DNA of 64,000 nucleotides. It comes from Candidatus Omnitrophota bacterium (GTDB lineage: Bacteria > Omnitrophota > Gorgyraeia > Gygaellales > Profunditerraquicolaceae). The translations under genes were made by a program, and so were the position numbers. Below the pieces are notes generated by a model that was given only the letters and a program-made list of their open reading frames with translations, ran no database searches and had not been told where the DNA came from. Numbering within the stretch: position 1 is the first letter of the stretch; the number at the start of each line of letters is the position of its first letter. Below are positions 54,809-63,725 of this stretch, in pieces. The stretch lies in NCBI GenBank assembly GCA_049517335.1, contig JBEKSD010000011.1:1-64000 (forward strand), written 5' to 3'.

Positions 54809-56085
54809 AAAATGAAAAGAAAAAAAAGAAATTACTTAAGGGAAAATGCCAGAATCAGGTAAAAACCCGCAGCGTCGCGGAAAGAATGATTATTAAGCAG
54901 CTTCACCAAGAAATTGAACAGCGTAAAAAAACAGAACAAGTAGCTCAGGATGCACGTAATTATGCCGAAAATATCATCAACACCGTACGTGAATCCTTAA
55001 TTGCTCTGGACCAAGATTTAAGAGTAGTCTCCGTAAGCCGTTCCTTTTATGAATTCTTTAAGGTAAAGCCTGAAGATACCGTGGGGCAGCTTATTTATGA
55101 CTTGGGCAATAAGCAGTGGAATATCCCCAAGCTGCGGGAATTGCTGGAAACCATCCTTCCCCAAAAAACTACCTTTGATAACTATGAGGTTGAACACGAT
55201 TTTGCTACCATCGGCAGGCGTATAATGCTTTTGAATGCCCGGCAAATTAAACGCGTGATGGGTAAGGAGCGGATCATTCTTCTGGCTATAGAGGATATTA
55301 CTGAGCGTAAGAAGATAGAAAACGGCTTGGAAAAAGCCCATGAAGAGTTGCAGGATTTGGCTGCTGAGTTAAAACGTAGCACTCGGGCAAAATCTGAATT
55401 CCTGGCCAATATGTCGCATGAGCTTAGGACCCCACTTAACTCCATCAATGGTTTTTCCGAGATATTATTTGATGGGACTTTCGGTTCGCTTAATGAGAAG
55501 CAGGAAAAATACGTGAATAATATTTTAACCAGCGGAAAGCATCTTCTTTCATTGATAAATCAGATACTTGATATGGCAAAAGTTGAATCCGGAAAGATGA
55601 AGCTGACATTATCCAGCTTACCCATGAAAAGCCTGTTAAATGAGATTGCGCTGCTGGTAGCGGATATGGTCAGCAAAAAGAAGATCGAAATGTTGCTTGA
55701 GATAGCGGAAGATCTGCCGAATATTGAAGCGGATGAACTTAAGGTAAAAGAGATACTTTATAACCTACTTTCCAACGCAGTTAAATTTACCCCTGAGGGT
55801 GGTAAGATCGGCATGCGGGCACAAAAGGTTGATTCTAAAATAGAAGTAGTGGTCTGGGATACGGGGGCTGGTATCGCATTTGGGAATATGGAGAAAATAT
55901 TTGAAGGTTTTTTTCGTGTTGATACTCCATATTCCCGGGTAACTGAAGGGACCGGGCTCGGTTTACCGATCTCGAAAAAACTGGTTGAGCTGCATGGCGG
56001 CAAGTTTTCTGTAGAATCAGAGGGACTAGGTAAAGGCACGCAAGTCAGGTTTACTTTACCGATTATAGCTAGAAAGGTGGTTTGA
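54805..56085 (+). CDS. PAS sensor histidine kinase
   Basis: PAS domain; MSHELRTPLN; NLLSNAVKFT; DTGAG; GTGLGL. Confidence 0.93.
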   Translation: MKNEKKKKKLLKGKCQNQVKTRSVAERMIIKQLHQEIEQRKKTEQVAQDARNYAENIINTVRESLIALDQDLRVVSVSRSFYEFFKVKPEDTVGQLIYDLGNKQWNIPKLRELLETILPQKTTFDNYEVEHDFATIGRRIMLLNARQIKRVMGKERIILLAIEDITERKKIENGLEKAHEELQDLAAELKRSTRAKSEFLANMSHELRTPLNSINGFSEILFDGTFGSLNEKQEKYVNNILTSGKHLLSLINQILDMAKVESGKMKLTLSSLPMKSLLNEIALLVADMVSKKKIEMLLEIAEDLPNIEADELKVKEILYNLLSNAVKFTPEGGKIGMRAQKVDSKIEVVVWDTGAGIAFGNMEKIFEGFFRVDTPYSRVTEGTGLGLPISKKLVELHGGKFSVESEGLGKGTQVRFTLPIIARKVV

Positions 56086-56086
56086 A

Positions 56087-56452
56087 ATGAAGAAGAGAGC
56101 GTTAGTTGTGGATGATAATAAAAGCAATCTTATGCTGGAAAAAGACCTTTTGGAGGTCGCTGGTTTTGAGGTACTTGAAGCTGAAAATGCTACCGATGGA
56201 ATCAGTATCGTCAGGAAAGAAAAACCGGATATCATCATTATGGATGTGCGGCTTCCGGATATGCGTGGTAGCGAAGCGGCGAGAATATTGCGTGAAGATA
56301 AAAAGATAGGCGATATTCCGATAGTTTTTGTTACGGCTTCGGTTATGGTCGGTGAAAGAGAAGAGATAAACGCGATAACTAATAGCGGATTTATAGGTAA
56401 GCCGATAGATACGCGTACCTTTGCTAAAACGATCAGCCAGTTTATTAAGTAA
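56087..56452 (+). CDS. Single-domain response regulator
   Basis: VDDN, IMDVRLP, GKP. Confidence 0.92.
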   Translation: MKKRALVVDDNKSNLMLEKDLLEVAGFEVLEAENATDGISIVRKEKPDIIIMDVRLPDMRGSEAARILREDKKIGDIPIVFVTASVMVGEREEINAITNSGFIGKPIDTRTFAKTISQFIK

Positions 56453-56494
56453 GTTTTTAATATATCAGAAAGTCAAATTTAAAAGAGGTACGGG

Positions 56495-57466
56495 ATGAAG
56501 GATAAATCAGTAATTTTAGTTGTTGATGATCAGCTTCAAAACATCGAACTTCTTGAAGCATATCTTGTTCCTCAGGGTTATGAAATTATCAAGGCGGCTA
56601 GCGGCGCAGAAGCCTTTGAAAAAATTTCTGGAACTCAAATTGATTTGATTCTCTTGGACGTAATGATGCCCAAGATGTCCGGCATAGAAGTGCTGGAGAA
56701 ATTACGTGCCGATGAAAAGACTAAGGCTATCCCAGTGGTGATGGTAACCGTGCTTAAGGAGACCGAAGATAAGGTAAAAGCCCTTGAGGCAGGTTGCGAT
56801 GATTTTATCTCTAAGCCCATTGATAAGGTCGAACTATTAGCCAGAGTTAAGTCCATAATCAAGATAAATTATTACCGCCGACAGTTAGAGGAAAAAGAAA
56901 AATTTAAGGCAGTAGTTGATAAGATAAGCGATGGCATTGCTATTTGTAGCCCGGATTATCTAATTAAGGATAGTAATACCGCGATTTTAAAGTACTTAAA
57001 TATTTCCGATACAACGAATGTTAATTTAGTCGAAATGCTATTTGCGAATTATTCTGTTTCCATAAATAAAGAAGCTCTTATGGATTTAACGGTTGCGCAT
57101 AAAACATTTGATATTGTACGCCAAAAATCAGAAGCGATAGAGGTATTGTATTTAGAGGTAGATTTAAATGTGATTAAGAATGCAGCCGGAGAGTTGTTAA
57201 GCATTGTTTTTATTTTACGCGATGTTACCGCAGCGCGCACTGAAGAATTTATAAAAAAGGATACGTTAACGCTTATTTCGCACAAAATGCGCGCACCGTT
57301 GGGAGTGATTAACGGAAAGATATCGTTACTTCAGGACGGATCATATGGAGCTCTTAATGAGGAGCAAAAAAAAGCAATTGATGCTGTCTCCAAGCAATCT
57401 GCTTTGCTTATATCAATGGTGGAGGAACTGCTTGGGTTTACCATCGCAGGTGGCCACTCCTCATGA
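56495..57466 (+). CDS. Receiver-PAS-HisKA protein lacking the ATPase domain (probably truncated)
   Basis: Receiver, PAS-like region, SHKMRAPL, then a stop. Confidence 0.75.
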   Translation: MKDKSVILVVDDQLQNIELLEAYLVPQGYEIIKAASGAEAFEKISGTQIDLILLDVMMPKMSGIEVLEKLRADEKTKAIPVVMVTVLKETEDKVKALEAGCDDFISKPIDKVELLARVKSIIKINYYRRQLEEKEKFKAVVDKISDGIAICSPDYLIKDSNTAILKYLNISDTTNVNLVEMLFANYSVSINKEALMDLTVAHKTFDIVRQKSEAIEVLYLEVDLNVIKNAAGELLSIVFILRDVTAARTEEFIKKDTLTLISHKMRAPLGVINGKISLLQDGSYGALNEEQKKAIDAVSKQSALLISMVEELLGFTIAGGHSS

Positions 57467-57737
57467 TACATATAAGTATAGAATCTCACGGTGATTAGAT
57501 GGACTTTATTTCCAACTTAAAGATGTTAATTTTCATTCCTCTGCTAACATGCGGATTGTTGATATGGATTATTGCTAGTTTTGTAAGGCTGGTTTTTGTA
57601 TATTGTTATTCGTGGTTGAAAGTGTTAAGCAGAAAACTTTTAGTAAATATTTGAACTAAGGTTAAGACAAGAAAGATGCCAAGGGAGATAGAGATGCACT
57701 TTATTTTGTTTAAGTTATTGCTACAAAGAAGGCAAGT

Positions 57738-58103
57738 ATGATTATGAAATATATTCGGGGATTTAGTATCTTAGTTTTAGGAATTACGGTTATTTTACTT
57801 AGTGGCTGCGCTACATGCAAAACACCATACCGCAGAGAACTATCTAATAATCCCAACTTAGCAGAGGCGAATGTAAGTTATAAAAAAGCCATAAATTGGC
57901 TGGATAAGGCAGAATGTTCAACAATCCCCGCCGAAGCGGAAAGGTTCTATACCACCGCGGAATCTTATATTTCAGACGCTATGTTTAAGTTAAAACAACT
58001 GGGACACGATAAAAATATAGATGTTTCTGAAGATGTCTATTATTGCGAAAAGATAAAGAGAGAAACAGATGTTCAAATAGGACAGGCTGAAAAAGCGAAG
58101 TAA
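57738..58103 (+). CDS. Putative lipoprotein
   Basis: Lipobox LSGC. Confidence 0.7.
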   Translation: MIMKYIRGFSILVLGITVILLSGCATCKTPYRRELSNNPNLAEANVSYKKAINWLDKAECSTIPAEAERFYTTAESYISDAMFKLKQLGHDKNIDVSEDVYYCEKIKRETDVQIGQAEKAK

Positions 58104-58263
58104 TCCAAAAATAAATCATTCTTTAATGGCAATGTCCGCCTCCCAAGGGCGGACATTCTGTATGCATTTATCTCTCAAATAGTTACATAATTCCAAGTCA
58201 AAAAATACCGGACAAATAAGACAAATACCACGAGCAAATAACCTCTCTAAATCCAGAATATTC

Positions 58264-58345
58264 TTGATATAGTGAGGTATTGCATATATAATTACCCCTG
58301 TAAATAGAGAGAGGTTTCTACTCGGCTCATAAGAGTGGGACCCCA
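58264..58345 (+). repeat. Repeat site D
   Basis: TTGATA-17-TATAAT; AGAGAGGTTTCTACTCGGCTCATAAGAGTGGGACCCCA. Confidence 0.8.
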
Positions 58346-58434
58346 ATTTTTTATAAAATTAATGGCTGAGAAATGAAAGAATATAAGGTCACTATTCGCA
58401 TTCCGCAATACAAGTACTAAATAATAAGGAAAGA

Positions 58435-58953
58435 ATGGAGCTGAAGCAGAAGATATTGCGCGAATTAAAAACGTACTGGGTAAATGTACTGTATATAACT
58501 TTATTTTTCAGTATTTTCACCGATTACCGCAGATTAATGCTGGCTCATTATCAGATTACCTATAAGAATTATGGGATCAGTTTGATTAAGGGGTTGGTGT
58601 TAGCCAAGGTGATCCTGGTGGCAGAGCATTTGCACCTCGGAAGGGGATTTGAAAATAAAGCTTTAGTCGTCCCGACCCTGTACAAATCGTTTCTGTTTAC
58701 TATTTGTGTTGCGATTTTAAGCGTAATAGAGGCTATGGTCCGCAATTTTTTAAAAGCAGAAAATTTTACCGGAGTGCCGGATATGTTTATAAGATGTTTC
58801 TCGTATGAATGGTTTGCCGGCATGCTGGTGGTATTCGCTGCTTTTATCCCGTTTTTTGCGATCAGGGAATTAGGAAGAGTGTTGGGAAGGGGAAAAATCA
58901 GTGAGCTATTTTTCCGTAAGGGGACAGACACCAAAACAAACCTTCCCGAGTAG
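58435..58953 (+). CDS. Membrane protein (4 TM), sole gene between sites D and E
   Basis: Hydrophobic helices; LVLAKVIL, FIPFFAIRELGRVLG. Confidence 0.75.
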   Translation: MELKQKILRELKTYWVNVLYITLFFSIFTDYRRLMLAHYQITYKNYGISLIKGLVLAKVILVAEHLHLGRGFENKALVVPTLYKSFLFTICVAILSVIEAMVRNFLKAENFTGVPDMFIRCFSYEWFAGMLVVFAAFIPFFAIRELGRVLGRGKISELFFRKGTDTKTNLPE

Positions 58954-58964
58954 AGTAAGAGCTA

Positions 58965-59043
58965 TATAATTGAATTGCTAGGCGTAAATAGCGAGAGGTT
59001 TTCCCTCAGCTCATGCAAGAGGGACCCCAGTAAATTCTCTCTC
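58965..59043 (+). repeat. Repeat site E
   Basis: TATAAT; GAGAGGTTTTCCCTCAGCTCATGCAAGAGGGACCCCAGTAAATTCTCTCTC. Confidence 0.8.
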
Positions 59044-59189
59044 ACAGAGTTACCACAATAGGCGGGGCATACCTGCAAAGCGCTAAAGGATGCCTTGGCG
59101 GTATATTAGCTTATAACGGAACAGAGATCTTGAAAGTTGGGGATAAGATTTTAGCTGTTCCTATAGCTTTGCTTTTGAGTTAAACATAA

Positions 59190-59369
59190 GCGTATGGCTC
59201 ATGGGCAAAAGACATTGATTCTGTAGAAGAAGAAAATTTCTTGCAAAACATAAGAAAGTATACCTTTGCCGGGCGTCCTTTGGGAAGAGAGACATTTATA
59301 GAAAGGCTGGAAGAGAGACTCAACAGAAGGCTATGTGCACTGCCGGTAGGGAGGCCAAAGAAAGATTAA
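59190..59369 (+). pseudogene. C-terminal remnant of a REP-associated tyrosine transposase (RAYT-like)
   Basis: IRKYTFAGRPLGRETFIERLEERLNRRLCALPVGRPKK*; no intact N-terminus. Confidence 0.65.
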
Positions 59370-59384
59370 GAAAAACGGTCCCCT

Positions 59385-59418
59385 ATTGTAGATTGTATTG
59401 TAGATTGTAGGATTGTAG
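59385..59418 (+). repeat. Short tandem ATTGTAG-like repeats
   Basis: ATTGTAG ATTGT ATTGTAG ATTGTAG G ATTGTAG. Confidence 0.7.
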
Positions 59419-59520
59419 GTGGCTTAATATGCTTTACTCTGTATGACAGATATAATTTTTGCACCATGCGTATGAAATGCGATTTAAGAAAACAGACCCG
59501 CTGTCCCTGCTTATAAGAAT

Positions 59521-60591
59521 ATGACTATTAAAAAAGGAGACTCAAATAATTTTTATGCTGATATAAATACCCTGGCAAGGAAGCATAAAATTCCCAGCAG
59601 GGTGATGTTTGAGCTTACCTATAAGTGTAATTTTCGCTGCATCCACTGCTATGTAGCCCCTGATAAGCGGAAGAAGGAACTCACTACGGCGCAGGTCTTT
59701 TTAATACTTGACCAGTTAAAAACGGCTGGCTCTTTTCATATAGGCTTCACCGGCGGAGAGCCGCTCTTGCGCGAAGATATTTTTGATATCCTTGATTATG
59801 CTAAAAATTGTGGATTTAGAATAAGCATTCTTACCAACGGCTCCCTCATAAATAAAGACACCGCCAAAAGAATAGCGTCGCTGGGGACAAGCTTAAACCG
59901 CGTTGATATATCCGTTTTAGGCTCCACAAAGAAAACGTTTGAAAAAATAACAGGAAAAACTGGAAGTTTTGAACTCGTCATGAAGGCCGTAAAATCGCTT
60001 AAGAAAGAAGGGGTAGATGTTCAGATCAAGGCAACGCTCTTATCATTAAATAAAAATGAGTTTCTGGATATTAAAAAACTAGCCGAAAGGCAGAAATGTC
60101 TTTTCAGGTACGACCCGTCTGTAACTCGTAAAGCTGACGGGAGCAAATCTCCCTTGCGATATCAGGTAGAACTAAATAAAATGTGCAGAATAAAGGGGGT
60201 GTTTGCCGCCGATAGGACCGCTGTTAACGAAGACGTCTTCTCGGAACTGAAACCAAAGGCTGTAGGACGCAAGAAGTTATTTCATTGTGGCGCCGGACAG
60301 TCAGAGGTCACGATAAGCCCGTATGGCGAAATGAACTTCTGCCCGGAGATTCATTATCCAGGATATAATATTTTAAAGATTTCTTTTAATGACTGTTGGG
60401 GAAAGCTTAAAAAGCTGGTTAGGAAGATTGAAATACCCAAAAAATATCAGTGTAATACCTGCGCCTTGGCGGTTTTCTGTCATTGGTGTCCGGCCAGAGC
60501 ATGGTTATTGAAGAAAGATTTTTTCACCTGTGATGAAGAGTCAAAAAAAATGGCGCTTGCAGAGGCGGGATTTAACCACGGGATGCCTTAA
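59521..60591 (+). CDS. Radical SAM/SPASM peptide maturase
   Basis: CNFRCIHC, FTGGEP, CGAG...C, CNTC...CHWCP...C. Confidence 0.92.
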   Translation: MTIKKGDSNNFYADINTLARKHKIPSRVMFELTYKCNFRCIHCYVAPDKRKKELTTAQVFLILDQLKTAGSFHIGFTGGEPLLREDIFDILDYAKNCGFRISILTNGSLINKDTAKRIASLGTSLNRVDISVLGSTKKTFEKITGKTGSFELVMKAVKSLKKEGVDVQIKATLLSLNKNEFLDIKKLAERQKCLFRYDPSVTRKADGSKSPLRYQVELNKMCRIKGVFAADRTAVNEDVFSELKPKAVGRKKLFHCGAGQSEVTISPYGEMNFCPEIHYPGYNILKISFNDCWGKLKKLVRKIEIPKKYQCNTCALAVFCHWCPARAWLLKKDFFTCDEESKKMALAEAGFNHGMP

Positions 60592-61651
60592 TAGTCTCCT
60601 TAGTCAAATTACAGAAGTAATCGATCGGCTCTTCCAAACAACCCTTTTCTAGAATCGCTATTCCCGGGCACCATTGGCAGATCATCCTATCTTCGCATGA
60701 TCTGCACGTGCTTTCTGTTTTGAAACTCAAGCCGTGGACTTTTTTATTGAGTTTGTAAAAGCCGTCCTTAACCGTATGGCTTTTCTGCAATAAGTTATAA
60801 TTGAATGTCCGCAGGTATCCACAGATGATCATCTCCCCTTGAGGCGTAATCCAGAAGGAAGCGCCGCCGGCTTTGCACAAAAGCAGTTTATCATTTCTAG
60901 GTTTTCTGATGGGTTTGGCTATGTCTATCTTTCCTCCGGGTCGCGTTGATTCTTCGTCGTTAAAATAGCCATATTGTTTATTAACGAATACCGCTTTTTT
61001 CGGGTCAAGGCGCAGGGTGCAGGGGTGAGTATCGCCATTGAGGCGGGCAAAGATCATGGTGGACGGCCGGAAGGCAAGGCCGAGAGATTCGACCAGTTTT
61101 TTTATTTCGTCTATCTGTGAGATATTTTGTTTTGTAACCTGAATCTTTACCTTTACCGGGATACCGTTTTCCAATAATTTTTTTATGTTATGGATGTGTT
61201 TTTCAAATAGATTCATCCCTGTTATCTCTTTATATTTTTCGCGTGTTGCCGCGTTTAAGGTGGTCTCAATGCTGAAGGGAGGTGAAGATTTAAAAATTTC
61301 AAGGGTCGGTTTATTCATTGAAACAAGAGGAGAAAATATCGTTGTTATAAAACCAAGCTTTTTGGCGTAAAGATAAAGCTCATCAAAATCTTTCCGCATC
61401 ATGGGATCTCCGCCGGTAAAACAAAGCCATACAACCCCGCCAGATTTGCACTTATCCATTATTTTTTCCACCTGATTTGTTGACAAGTCTCTGGACGCGG
61501 AAATCCCGTTATTGTAACAATCAGTATAACAGTGTTCGCAGTGGAGAGGGCATTTGTGGGTAAGTTCTATCTGCGCCACAATCGGCTTATGTCCCGCCTC
61601 AGCATGCAGATTCCATGAAAAATCTTTATATTCTTGTGTCTTTATTGCCAT
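60572..61651 (-). CDS. Radical SAM/SPASM peptide maturase (paralog)
   Basis: CPLHCEHC, FTGGDP, CKAG...C, CRSC...CQWCP...C. Confidence 0.92.
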   Translation of the reverse strand: MAIKTQEYKDFSWNLHAEAGHKPIVAQIELTHKCPLHCEHCYTDCYNNGISASRDLSTNQVEKIMDKCKSGGVVWLCFTGGDPMMRKDFDELYLYAKKLGFITTIFSPLVSMNKPTLEIFKSSPPFSIETTLNAATREKYKEITGMNLFEKHIHNIKKLLENGIPVKVKIQVTKQNISQIDEIKKLVESLGLAFRPSTMIFARLNGDTHPCTLRLDPKKAVFVNKQYGYFNDEESTRPGGKIDIAKPIRKPRNDKLLLCKAGGASFWITPQGEMIICGYLRTFNYNLLQKSHTVKDGFYKLNKKVHGLSFKTESTCRSCEDRMICQWCPGIAILEKGCLEEPIDYFCNLTKETIKASRG

Positions 61652-61752
61652 TTAAATTAGGAACCATATCTCTTCTTCGTGTGATAGATTATATCACATA
61701 TCAGTAAATCCGTAATCTATTAATACTAATTTCCCCTTGACAAAAACACGCC

Positions 61753-61781
61753 TTGACAAGTTTGCTGTGGGGTAGTAAAAT
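61753..61781 (+). promoter_or_regulatory. Sigma70 promoter of the precursor peptide gene
   Basis: TTGACA-17 bp-TAAAAT. Confidence 0.7.
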
Positions 61782-61822
61782 TTACTCATACTTGGTCAGG
61801 CAGGTTTACAAAAGAGGAGAAT

Positions 61823-61969
61823 ATGAAAAAGGTAGGGAGAAGAAAGAAGAAATTACCGTGGAAAAGTATGAAGATTACAGGGATAAAACTCAATCCGGAC
61901 CAGGCGGTACTAAGCTGTTGCGTGATGTACTGTACCCCCATGGCCTCGGGCTTGACGTCGCACAGCTAG
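61823..61969 (+). CDS. Putative RiPP precursor peptide (48 aa; not in ORF track)
   Basis: MKKVGRRKKKLPWKSMKITGIKLNPDQAVLSCCVMYCTPMASGLTSHS; RBS AGAGGAGA; lies among rSAM genes near pqqD. Confidence 0.75.
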   Translation: MKKVGRRKKKLPWKSMKITGIKLNPDQAVLSCCVMYCTPMASGLTSHS

Positions 61970-62182
61970 CCCTTTTTGTTAATTTGCAGATTTGAAGACT
62001 TGGAATTTGGTCCGTGAAAATCTAAAGAGAAAAAACTAAAAGGGCACCGCCTGTTATCATAAAATACAGTGGCAAGGATGAACGCAAAAATTTTAAACGT
62101 TTTTTTTGAAGCGAAGAAAACAGATATCTTTTAAACAGCGATTTTACCTTTCTGCTGTAAATTTGTTTGTAATTATTCCGTT

Positions 62183-62445
62183 TCACTCCTGATAATAATA
62201 CCTGATTAATCCTCCGGGTTTTGATTGACGTTTTATCTGACCGGTGTTATTCACGGTGCATGTTCAAGCAATTGATTGTTTAAGGATGAATGTGGTCGTG
62301 TTGTATTGTAGTGTTTTCATATTGTTTGGGACATAAAAGGGGTTTTTGTACGCTAAATCCGTCATTTTTAAACAATTCATCGAACTTTCCCGAAAATTTT
62401 GTATCCCGGCCAGGGATTAATAACTTTTTAAGGGCTCTTCGGCCA
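62183..62445 (-). pseudogene. Degenerate IS transposase (integrase core) remnant
   Basis: Minus-strand fragments RDTKFSGKFDELFKNDG, YNTTRPHSSL and GQIKRQSKPGGLIRYYY with frameshifts. Confidence 0.55.
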
Positions 62446-62477
62446 TCAAGAAAGGTAGTATAGTAGAATTTAATAAA

Positions 62478-63458
62478 ATGAGTAATTCTAAGAATACGGG
62501 TAAGTTAAATATAAATAATAGAAGCATTGTTAGAAGTAAGAAAACTAACATGGAAATTGTACCCATACAATATGTCTTTAAAAGAAAATTTGAACGGCAA
62601 GAACAGATTAAAAAAGTAAAATACCATGCTGCGGGGTATTGTGTTCATGTGGGTAAACTTTCTCCGGGTTGCTATAGTTGTTTTGTGCCGGATCCACACA
62701 GGAAGAACTTTGTTTTCGGATCGCGTTGTGATGCAAATTGCGTTTATTGCACTTCGAGGAAAAAAGAAAAAGATTTAACGAGAACACAAATTCAACAAAT
62801 TAAATATAATGTGTTACGAGAGTCGACCTCTGTTGTGTTTAGTCCTTCGTCAATCAGTTTTAGCGGCGGAGGGGAACCGCTGTTATATCTTGACATTATA
62901 GATGAATTTATGGTTTTTTATCGCGGTTTGGAAAAGTATATGAGTAAAAAACCATGGTATTATCTTTATACGAACGGGATACTTGCTACTAATGATGTTC
63001 TTTTACGATTGAAAGATTTAGGTTTTGATGAAATAAGATTTCATCTCGGTGCCTCAAATTTTTCAAATCATGTATACGCCAAGATGAAAAAGGCTGTTCG
63101 TTATTTTAAGGCAATAACCGTTGAGACGCCCGCTTGGCCGTTACACAGGAAAAAACTTTTTGAAATGCTTCCCATTATTAAGGATATAGGAATCAAACAT
63201 CTCAACCTTGGTGAAATTGAAATAAACATATTTAACTACGACAGAATCGCGTCTGCGTTGCCTGATGGCAAGGTGTATCATGCCTTTGAGATGCATCTAT
63301 ATGACGGGGGGTTGACGTATGATATCATCGAAGAAATAATAAAGAAAAAGTATTCCTATTCCGTGCTTGACTGTAGCTGTTTTGTTAAGATGATGCAACG
63401 CGGGCATGCAAAGAATATTCGCCATTGCGATGTAACAGGATTGTGTGTTGAATACTAG
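62478..63458 (+). CDS. Radical SAM protein (COG2108-like)
   Basis: LSPGCYSC, CDANCVYC, SGGGEPL, YTNG, DEIRFH. Confidence 0.85.
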   Translation: MSNSKNTGKLNINNRSIVRSKKTNMEIVPIQYVFKRKFERQEQIKKVKYHAAGYCVHVGKLSPGCYSCFVPDPHRKNFVFGSRCDANCVYCTSRKKEKDLTRTQIQQIKYNVLRESTSVVFSPSSISFSGGGEPLLYLDIIDEFMVFYRGLEKYMSKKPWYYLYTNGILATNDVLLRLKDLGFDEIRFHLGASNFSNHVYAKMKKAVRYFKAITVETPAWPLHRKKLFEMLPIIKDIGIKHLNLGEIEINIFNYDRIASALPDGKVYHAFEMHLYDGGLTYDIIEEIIKKKYSYSVLDCSCFVKMMQRGHAKNIRHCDVTGLCVEY

Positions 63459-63725
63459 GGACAGCTAATATTCTAAGTCAATCGGCGAAAAAATTATAGC
63501 TGGTTTTTCTTTCAGTTTCAGTATAAATCTCCGGCCTCATCGGGGATTAAAAATGCTTTCACCGGTTGAATTTCTGAGGCAAAACGGATTGACAGTCAAA
63601 GCGTTAAATTCTAATATCAGCTTGTACAGAAAAAGGGGTACGGTCATAGAGACAGGAGGTTTCAATAGATGCAGTGAATATTTTTAAAAACGCGCTATAC
63701 AAGCTCGGGAAAGTGAGGTGTAAAG

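Noticed and set aside
43601-59026. Repeated 30-nt hairpin as a CRISPR array
   Set aside because: Copies are 0.7-12 kb apart and separated by genes; no regular spacers and no cas genes
33816-59026. Classical integron (IntI/attC)
   Set aside because: No tyrosine recombinase in the window, and the sites lack RYYYAAC...GTTRRRY ends
61753-61995. 80-aa TTG-start ORF in the track
   Set aside because: Its start is the -35 box; the overlapping 48-aa ORF has the RBS and precursor-like features
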